Below, one piece after another: positions 57,685 to 64,000 of a stretch of DNA of 64,000 nucleotides. The DNA lies in the NCBI GenBank assembly GCA_035446985.1, contig DAOTGG010000001.1:17981-81980 (forward strand), written 5' to 3'. The position numbers and the translations under genes were made by a program. The notes beneath the pieces are model-generated. The model ran no database searches and was not told the origin of the DNA. It worked only from the letters and a program-made list of their open reading frames with translations. Origin of the DNA: Eubacteriales bacterium. GTDB taxonomy: Bacteria > Bacillota > Clostridia > Christensenellales > CAG-314. Position 1 is the first letter of the stretch. Every line of letters begins with the position of its first letter.

Positions 57685-59490
57685 ATGCTTGAAAAAATAA
57701 ATAGTATATCGGATTTGAAAAAACTATCCGTAGAACAACTGCCCGAGCTGTGCCGGGAAATACGCGCGCTGCTCGTGGATGTTGTAACGGAAAACGGCGG
57801 TCATCTTGCCAGCAATTTAGGAGTGGTGGAGTTGACCGTTGCTTTGCATTATGTTTTTGACGAAACCGACAAAATCATCTGGGACGTGGGACACCAGTCT
57901 TACGTACATAAAATTCTGACCGGCAGACGGGACGCTTTCGCCACCTTGCGCAAAAGCGGAGGACTCAAAGGTTTTCCCGACGTCAATGAAAGCCCGTCCG
58001 ATATATTTAATACGGGACACAGCGGAACGGCGATTTCAGCCGCGCTGGGTATAGCCAAAGCCAGAGATATAAATAAAGAAAATTTCAATGTGATAGCGGT
58101 CTGCGGCGACGGCGCGCTTACAGGCGGAATGACTTTTGAGGCGATGAACAACATCGGCGGCACAAAAATGCTCATCGTATATAACGATAATCAAATGTCA
58201 ATCGGCAAAAACGTAGGCTCAACCGCGGCAATGTCACGCATGCGCGTCGGCAGATACGACCTGAGAAAAGAAAAAACGAAAAAGTTTTTGATGTCTATTC
58301 CTCTTATCGGCAAGCCTATTTTGAATATGCTCAGATGGTTTAAGCGCGTTTTGAAATTAGGCGTTTTTGACACAAATTTATACTTTAACAGTTTTGATAT
58401 AAAATACGTTGGAATAGTTGACGGTCACAGCATCAAAAAACTTGTGACGTATCTTAGCGGAATAAAAAACAATGTAATCCGTCCGACGATTTTGCATATT
58501 CGTACCGTAAAGGGTAAAGGATATGAACCCGCCGAAAAAGAACCGCAAAAATATCACGGCGTATCGCCAAAATCCGAAAAAGTTTTAATTAGTATGTCTG
58601 AAATAGTAGGAAAAACTTTAGCGGATTTAGCTGATGAAAACTCTAATATTGTCGCAGTTACTTGCGCAATGACTGACGGAACGGGATTAAGCGTTTTTGA
58701 TCAACGCCATAAAGACAGATTTTTTGATACGGGCATTACGGAAGAACACGCCGTAACTTTTTGCGCTGGTCTTGCTGTGGAAAAAATGAAACCTTATTTT
58801 GCGGTTTACTCTACTTTTTTACAACGTGGTTTTGACCAGGTTTTGCACGACGTGTGTATGCAAAATCTACCTGTTACTTTTTGCATTGATAGGGCTGGGC
58901 TTGTCGGCGCGGACGGCAAAACTCATCAAGGCGTATACGACTTGTCTTATTTGTTGTCGATGCCCAATATGACGGTTTTGTCGCCATCGGACGACACGCA
59001 GCTTATAGATATGCTCAATTATTCTGTAAGTTTTAACTCTCCGCTCGCAATACGCTATCCGAAATCAATCGAGAATAGCTTTGCCTTGCGTTTTAACGGC
59101 GGATGGAATGAGATACGAAAGGGAAATAACGGAACGATAATAGCGACAGGCAATCGTATGCTTATCAATGCCATTGCTATTGCGAAAAAACTTGATTTAT
59201 CGGTAATTTACGCCGCTACGGTTAAGCCTCTTGATTTTAATGCTCTTAACAAGCTAAAAACCGAACCGATTGTTTTCACGCTTGAAGAAAACGTGTTAAG
59301 CGGCGGTTTTGGAGAAGCAGTACTCGGATATCTATCTCAATATGGAACAAAAACCGTTTGCTACGGCGTGCCCGACGAGTTTATAGAACAGGGCGAAATA
59401 CCCGAACAGCTATGCTTTTGCGGTTTGGACGAAAAATCTTTGTTCATTAAAATAAACTTTGAACTTAACGAATTGAAAAACCAAAAATAA
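57685..59490 (+). CDS. dxs: 1-deoxy-D-xylulose-5-phosphate synthase
   Basis: Start trimmed from TTG 57640 to ATG 57685. MLEKINSISDLKKL, GGHLASNLGVVELTVALH, WDVGHQSY, TPP motif GDGALTGGM...NDN. Confidence 0.95.
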   Translation: MLEKINSISDLKKLSVEQLPELCREIRALLVDVVTENGGHLASNLGVVELTVALHYVFDETDKIIWDVGHQSYVHKILTGRRDAFATLRKSGGLKGFPDVNESPSDIFNTGHSGTAISAALGIAKARDINKENFNVIAVCGDGALTGGMTFEAMNNIGGTKMLIVYNDNQMSIGKNVGSTAAMSRMRVGRYDLRKEKTKKFLMSIPLIGKPILNMLRWFKRVLKLGVFDTNLYFNSFDIKYVGIVDGHSIKKLVTYLSGIKNNVIRPTILHIRTVKGKGYEPAEKEPQKYHGVSPKSEKVLISMSEIVGKTLADLADENSNIVAVTCAMTDGTGLSVFDQRHKDRFFDTGITEEHAVTFCAGLAVEKMKPYFAVYSTFLQRGFDQVLHDVCMQNLPVTFCIDRAGLVGADGKTHQGVYDLSYLLSMPNMTVLSPSDDTQLIDMLNYSVSFNSPLAIRYPKSIENSFALRFNGGWNEIRKGNNGTIIATGNRMLINAIAIAKKLDLSVIYAATVKPLDFNALNKLKTEPIVFTLEENVLSGGFGEAVLGYLSQYGTKTVCYGVPDEFIEQGEIPEQLCFCGLDEKSLFIKINFELNELKNQK

Positions 59491-59580
59491 AATTTGATTT
59501 ATTATAAAATATTATTTAGCTATTTATAGATAAAAAAATATAATTACTAAACGAGATAACGATAAAATTTTGCGGAAATA

Positions 59581-59609
59581 TTGAATATTATTAACTTTTG
59601 TCGTATAAT
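59581..59609 (+). promoter_or_regulatory. Candidate sigma-A promoter for nadK-argR-recN (TTGAAT-17-TATAAT)
   Basis: TTGAAT at 59581-59586, 17-nt spacer, TATAAT at 59604-59609. Confidence 0.5.
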
Positions 59610-59639
59610 TATCGACAAAGGAATAAATGGAGCGAACGA

Positions 59640-60398
59640 ATGAAATTAGCTTTGGCTATCAACAAAAAATACAGTCGTAATAACCCAACAATCGAGCTTT
59701 TTGTAAAACAAGCCGAGTCGTTGGGGCTTAAATATGAGTTTTGTGAAGAATTTTCTATTCCAAACGCTGATTTTTTATTTATTTTTGGCGGAGACGGCAC
59801 CGTTTTACATTATGCAAAACAGTCTAATTTGCCTGTCGTAGCCGTTAATATGGGCAAATTAGGCTTTATGTCGCAAATATCCGCGAACGAAAAAGACATC
59901 GCTGAAAAACTGTTAAGGCTAAAAAACGGCGATTACAGCATTTTGAAACGCGCTACTTTGGACGTCGTCACGGGAGCATACCGATACGAAGCCATTAACG
60001 ATATCGTTTTGTCGGGCGTGGACAGAACCAAATCGGTAGTGGTGGAAATAGAGCTGAACGGACAAAAATTAAAACTTACTGGCGACGGTGTGATAGTAAG
60101 CACGCCGACAGGATCTACTGCCTATTGTCTTGCAAGCGGCGGTCCCGCAATACTAACCGAGTCGCAAGTTTTTGCCTTCACGCCGATAGGCTGTATAAAC
60201 CCGACTGTAGTCTACCCGCAAACTTTTTCCTTGATAGTAAAACCCGTGTCGGGGGATTTTGCCCTTAACATTGACGGCGTTATGCAAAAGCTCGACGGCG
60301 AAATAATTGTTAACAAATCCAAGTTAGATAAAGATTTTATCATTTTTGAAAATAATTATTTTAAAAAGCTAAATCACAAACTGGCAGATAGCTTTTAG
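59640..60398 (+). CDS. nadK: NAD kinase
   Basis: Start trimmed to ATG 59640 (GGAG RBS 7 nt upstream). FIFGGDGTVL, NMGKLGFM, GDGVIVSTPTGSTAY. Confidence 0.9.
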   Translation: MKLALAINKKYSRNNPTIELFVKQAESLGLKYEFCEEFSIPNADFLFIFGGDGTVLHYAKQSNLPVVAVNMGKLGFMSQISANEKDIAEKLLRLKNGDYSILKRATLDVVTGAYRYEAINDIVLSGVDRTKSVVVEIELNGQKLKLTGDGVIVSTPTGSTAYCLASGGPAILTESQVFAFTPIGCINPTVVYPQTFSLIVKPVSGDFALNIDGVMQKLDGEIIVNKSKLDKDFIIFENNYFKKLNHKLADSF

Positions 60399-60411
60399 GA
60401 GCGAAAAAATT

Positions 60412-60864
60412 ATGTCGCGGACACAAAGACATTCGCAAATTCTCGAATTGATCGCGTCAAAAGATATTGAAACCCAGGAAGAGCTGGTGGCAGAACTGAC
60501 TAAAAACGGTTTTTCCGCCACGCAAGCGACCGTATCCAGAGACATAAAAGAGCTTGGTCTTATTAAAATATTGTCCGATAAGGGTTTTTACAAATACGCG
60601 GCAATAAAAGGCGCGGACAGCAAAGTTTCGAGCAAACTCGTTAATATTTTTAAAGACGCCGTTAGCTCTGTCGTAAAAGCTGAAAATATTGTGGTGATTA
60701 AAACTTTGAAAGGCAGCGCGAACGCGGTCTTGTCCGTAATAAATCAACTTAATTACCCCGAAAGTTTGGGCAATGTGGCGTGCGATGATACTATTTTGAT
60801 GGTGTGCGCCGACAGCGTAAAATCCGAAACACTAAAACTTAAAATAAAAAATCTTTTTGAATAA
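60412..60864 (+). CDS. argR: Arginine repressor ArgR/AhrC
   Basis: 150 aa. RTQRHSQILELI...QEELV..L...G..ATQATVSRDIKEL winged helix, and a C-terminal oligomerisation domain (GNVACDDTILMV). Confidence 0.9.
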   Translation: MSRTQRHSQILELIASKDIETQEELVAELTKNGFSATQATVSRDIKELGLIKILSDKGFYKYAAIKGADSKVSSKLVNIFKDAVSSVVKAENIVVIKTLKGSANAVLSVINQLNYPESLGNVACDDTILMVCADSVKSETLKLKIKNLFE

Positions 60865-60867
60865 ACT

Positions 60868-62562
60868 ATGATAAGAAATTTACATATCGAAAATATTGCG
60901 TTAATAAGCCGTCTCGATATCGAGTTTGAAAACGGGCTTATCGTACTTAGCGGCGAAACGGGCGCTGGCAAATCCATAATCATCGATTCGCTTGCTTTTG
61001 TTTTGGGCGAAAGAGCCGACAAGACGCTGATAAAATACGGTCAGGAAAGCGCGTTTGTTGAAGTGGCGTTTAATATCGAGCAAAACTCAAAAACGTGGCA
61101 GATAATGGCGGAACTCGGACTGGAACCCGATACGACTGTTGTTATTAACCGCACGCTCACATTGAGCGGCAAAAATGAATCAAGAGTGAACGGCAGAATT
61201 TGCTCCGCGGCAGTACTGCGGAGTATTACGGCAACGCTCGTCGATATATTCGGTCAAAGTCAGCATTTAAACTTACTAAAAGTAGATAATCATATAAAAG
61301 TTTTGGACGATTACCGTCAGGACGACGAACTGATAAATCAATTAAAAAAACTTTATTCCGATTATCGCGAGCTGAAAAAACAGCTTTCCGCGTTTGGCGG
61401 AAGCGATGCCGAAAGAGAACGTCTATTAGATATTTTAAAATTTCAAATAGACGAAATCACCGCGGCAAAATTGTCGGAAACGGAAGAAAACGAGTTACTT
61501 GAAATCCGTTCAAAAGTAATGAACGTCGAAAAAATCGTGTCGTCGGTCACGGCCGCGTTGGATTCTCTTTCAACTTCGGGCGTTATGTCCCGTCTTGCCG
61601 AAGCAAAAAATTCGCTGCTTTCTGTTGCCGCTTACGACAAAGATATTTCGTCGCTAGCAGAAAGACTTTCCGCCGTGCAGATAGAAACCGACGATATTTT
61701 TTCTTCGTTGGACAAGATTCTGCGTGAAGCGGATTATAACCCCGCTCAAATCGACCGTATGGAAGAACGGTTGGAAAAAATAAAAAATATCAAGAAAAAA
61801 TACGGCGGCACCGTTACTGATGCTCTAAAATTTTTGGAAAAAGCTTCCGCTCAATACGATAACCTTGTAAACGCTACCGATATTATTTCAAAACTCAATG
61901 CAAAAATTGAAGCCGTTTTGGCTCAGATGTACGAGCTGGCGTTAAAACTTTCGTCCGAAAGAAAAATAACCGCAAAACGTTTTGAAAACGAAATAGAAAC
62001 GCAGTTAAAAGACCTTGGAATGAGCGGAACCACATTTGAAGTGCGATTTAACGATATTCCGACTTTTGAAGAGTACAAAAACTCGGTTTCCGCAGACGGT
62101 TTTGACAAAGTAGAATTTTTACTATCGGCAAATAAAGGCGAACCGTTAAAGCCGTTAGCAAAAATCATAAGCGGCGGCGAAATGTCGCGCTTTATGCTGG
62201 CAATAAAAAATATTACGGCGCATATCGAGCAAATACCGACTATGGTTTTTGACGAAATTGATATCGGTATTTCGGGCAATATGGCGCAAATGGTGGCGAT
62301 AAAGCTTGCCAATGTATCGAGAGATTATCAATGTATCGTCATAACGCATTTGCCGCAGATCGCCGCGATGGGCGACAGCAATATGCTTATCGTAAAGGGC
62401 GTTTACGGCGAACGCACCGAAACACGGCTTACAGTCCTTGATAAAAAAGGCAAAAACGATGAAATCACTCGTCTTATCGGCGGTAATAACATCGGCGAAT
62501 ATGGCGGACTTCACGCAAAAGAAATGATAGACTGGGCGGACAACATAAAGTCAACAATATAA
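60868..62562 (+). CDS. recN: DNA repair protein RecN
   Basis: 564 aa. Walker A GETGAGKSIIIDSL, signature ISGGEMSRFMLA, Walker B MVFDEIDIGISG, with a coiled-coil middle region. Confidence 0.95.
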   Translation: MIRNLHIENIALISRLDIEFENGLIVLSGETGAGKSIIIDSLAFVLGERADKTLIKYGQESAFVEVAFNIEQNSKTWQIMAELGLEPDTTVVINRTLTLSGKNESRVNGRICSAAVLRSITATLVDIFGQSQHLNLLKVDNHIKVLDDYRQDDELINQLKKLYSDYRELKKQLSAFGGSDAERERLLDILKFQIDEITAAKLSETEENELLEIRSKVMNVEKIVSSVTAALDSLSTSGVMSRLAEAKNSLLSVAAYDKDISSLAERLSAVQIETDDIFSSLDKILREADYNPAQIDRMEERLEKIKNIKKKYGGTVTDALKFLEKASAQYDNLVNATDIISKLNAKIEAVLAQMYELALKLSSERKITAKRFENEIETQLKDLGMSGTTFEVRFNDIPTFEEYKNSVSADGFDKVEFLLSANKGEPLKPLAKIISGGEMSRFMLAIKNITAHIEQIPTMVFDEIDIGISGNMAQMVAIKLANVSRDYQCIVITHLPQIAAMGDSNMLIVKGVYGERTETRLTVLDKKGKNDEITRLIGGNNIGEYGGLHAKEMIDWADNIKSTI

Positions 62563-62572
62563 AATACATAAA

Positions 62573-62601
62573 AACGGAGAAATAACTCCGTTTTATTTTT
62601 T
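62573..62601 (+). terminator. Intrinsic terminator after recN
   Basis: AACGGAG (62573-62579) pairs with CTCCGTT (62586-62592), followed by TTATTTTTTGTT. Confidence 0.8.
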
Positions 62602-62728
62602 GTTAATTTTTAATTATAAAAATTTCATATTTTAATTTTTTTATCGAATTTGATTGATTATCGATAAATATTTGTAACCGTTTCCGCCACACTACTAATA
62701 TTATTAAGTAGTTTTTTAGGAGCGCGTT

Positions 62729-63775
62729 ATGAAGAGATTTTGGAGTACAGTATTAGCCGTAATAATAGCGGCGACAATAAGTTTTTCCGGAGTAGTTGCC
62801 GCAGAAAACGCGCCCAGCGGATTTGATTACTTATTTGGTACAGGTTCGGAAATCACCGAAGAAGTCTACCTTTGCGGCATACCTATCGGTATCACGATAG
62901 ACGGAGACGGAGTAGGGGTTATAGGACTAAACGAATTTGTTTCGCCCGACGGCGTTTGTTCTCCGGCACGCAGCGCAGGTATATGCATCGGCGACGTTAT
63001 CACGGAAATAAACGGAATAAAAATCACCAATGTTAACACCTTGTCAAAAATCACTAACGAGTCACAGGGAAAGTCGCTTAATATAAAATACATCCGCGAC
63101 GGAGTAGCCGCGGAACTGGAAATAACGCCGAAACTCGATGTTATGAGTAAAACCTACAAGCTCGGACTATGGGCGAAAGACAGCTCCAGCGGTATCGGCA
63201 CGATGACTTATATAAGAAAAAATCTTCAATTCGGCTCATTAGGCCATCCGATACTTTCGCAGGACAAACAGATAGTGAAAGTCATTAACGGCGCAATTTA
63301 TGATTGCGGAATAGAAGGCGTAGTCAAAGGCGAAAAAGGTCAGGCGGGCGAATTAAAAGGCGTATTCGACATAACCGCGCCCTTGGGCAATATTTACGTC
63401 AACAACCAGTACGGCGTATACGGCAATATTTATAAACTACCATCTAATATTGACAAAAAACTTTACAGCGTAGCTTCTGCTAGGGAAGTTATTCCAGGCA
63501 AAGCGTACATTTTGACCACCATTAACGGCGACACTCCCGAGTTATTTGAGATAGAAATAGTAAGAGTTTTTGCGCAGACGACGATAAGTGATAAAGGAAT
63601 TGTTATAAGAATTACAGATGAAAAATTATTGGAAATTACGGGCGGAATCGTTCAAGGTATGAGCGGCAGCCCGATAATTCAAAACGGCAAATTCGTGGGG
63701 GCAGTAACTCACGTTTTCATTAACGATCCAACGAAAGGTTACGGCATTTTGGCTCAATGGATGTTAGAAAATTAA
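62729..63775 (+). CDS. spoIVB: SpoIVB peptidase (S55), sporulation signalling serine protease with PDZ domain
   Basis: 348 aa. Signal/anchor N-terminus, PDZ (GICIGDVITEINGIKI), catalytic region GTMTYI...GHPI and GGIVQGMSGSPII. Follows recN as in Bacillus. Confidence 0.9.
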   Translation: MKRFWSTVLAVIIAATISFSGVVAAENAPSGFDYLFGTGSEITEEVYLCGIPIGITIDGDGVGVIGLNEFVSPDGVCSPARSAGICIGDVITEINGIKITNVNTLSKITNESQGKSLNIKYIRDGVAAELEITPKLDVMSKTYKLGLWAKDSSSGIGTMTYIRKNLQFGSLGHPILSQDKQIVKVINGAIYDCGIEGVVKGEKGQAGELKGVFDITAPLGNIYVNNQYGVYGNIYKLPSNIDKKLYSVASAREVIPGKAYILTTINGDTPELFEIEIVRVFAQTTISDKGIVIRITDEKLLEITGGIVQGMSGSPIIQNGKFVGAVTHVFINDPTKGYGILAQWMLEN

Positions 63776-63921
63776 TTTTATTTAGCGTTTAATTTATAGA
63801 ACGGTTTAAGTTTAATTAAGGCAAAAAACCTATTTACGAATAACATCGATAATTTTTTTATAAGGTATCTATCAATATAAAATTTTTTCGTATATCAAAA
63901 ACTAACATATCGACAAAAATC

Positions 63922-63953
63922 GACTCATATTTAATAAATATGGGTCGTTTTTG
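63922..63953 (+). terminator. Intrinsic terminator about 150 nt downstream of spoIVB
   Basis: CGACTCATATTT (63922-63933) pairs with AAATATGGGTCG (63937-63948, one G-U pair), short loop, then TTTTT. Confidence 0.5.
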
Positions 63954-64000
63954 CGAAAAAATCTTTTACGCCGCTAGATATTATATTTTTAATAAAAAAT

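Noticed and set aside
62640-62672. Inverted TTATCGA / TCGATAA repeats upstream of spoIVB, considered as Spo0A boxes or as a forespore sigma-F/G promoter.
   Set aside because: I could not fit either the sigma-G or the sigma-F consensus with correct spacing. spoIVB is not known to be Spo0A-controlled. ATCGAT-type palindromes are common in AT-rich spacers.
63843-63850. Exact TACGAATA, a streptococcal ComX/cin-box-like octamer, downstream of spoIVB.
   Set aside because: An 8-mer is expected by chance roughly twice in 128 kb of two-strand sequence, and more often in AT-rich DNA. This organism is a spore former rather than a streptococcus, and no competence gene follows within the window.
1-64000. 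Search for CRISPR arrays, IS elements or transposases, integrases, prophage genes, toxin-antitoxin pairs, restriction-modification systems or other defence systems.
   Set aside because: I recognised no repeat-spacer arrays, no terminal inverted repeats flanking ORFs and no recombinase, phage or defence-type proteins. The window is uninterrupted core housekeeping and sporulation genes.

Overview
This 64-kb window is core chromosome from a low-GC, endospore-forming Firmicute (Clostridia/Bacilli-like). Every supportable gene is on the + strand, mostly in tightly packed or overlapping operons. I found no rRNA, tRNA, CRISPR array, transposase, integrase or prophage signature.

Gene order:
- pta (5' partial), ackA, rpmF, plsX, rnc, smc, ftsY, ylxM, ffh, rpsP, khpA, rimM, trmD, rbgA, rnhB, yraN, rplS
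- comM, dprA, topA, trmFO, hslV, hslU
- RseC-like, trxA, glyA, iscR, iscS, iscU, a small TM ORF, ruvX, DUF1292
- rpsB, tsf, pyrH, frr, a small ORF, uppS, cdsA, dxr, rseP, ispG
- a PolC-like OB+exonuclease protein, rimP, nusA, ylxR, infB, rbfA, nrnA, truB, ribF
- TIM-barrel protein, Xaa-Pro peptidase, efp, spoIIIAA-AH, asp23, nusB, xseA, xseB, ispA
- a ~600-nt structured RNA, a 4-TM protein, dxs, nadK, argR, recN, spoIVB

Most notable locus: the ~600-nt non-coding, G+C-enriched, end-paired RNA at about 56366-56965.
- It has its own near-consensus sigma-A promoter and is followed by a 4-TM membrane protein.
- Its neighbourhood (xseAB-ispA upstream; dxs, NAD kinase, argR, recN downstream) matches the one described for OLE RNA and its partner OapA. 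I could not run a covariance model.

Other items worth a second look:
- A 517-aa PolC-derived protein (N-terminal region, OB fold, DEDDh exonuclease; no PHP or polymerase core) sits in the syntenic polC slot.
- The 977-aa SMC has no recognisable canonical hinge at its apex.
- The DUF1292 protein ends in a 12-Cys, 2-His metallothionein-like tail.
- ruvX may be leaderless.
- A perfect 26-bp palindrome overlaps the predicted ylxM-ffh transcription start.
- There are two small unannotated or uncertain ORFs.

All promoter and terminator calls come from manual motif reading only.
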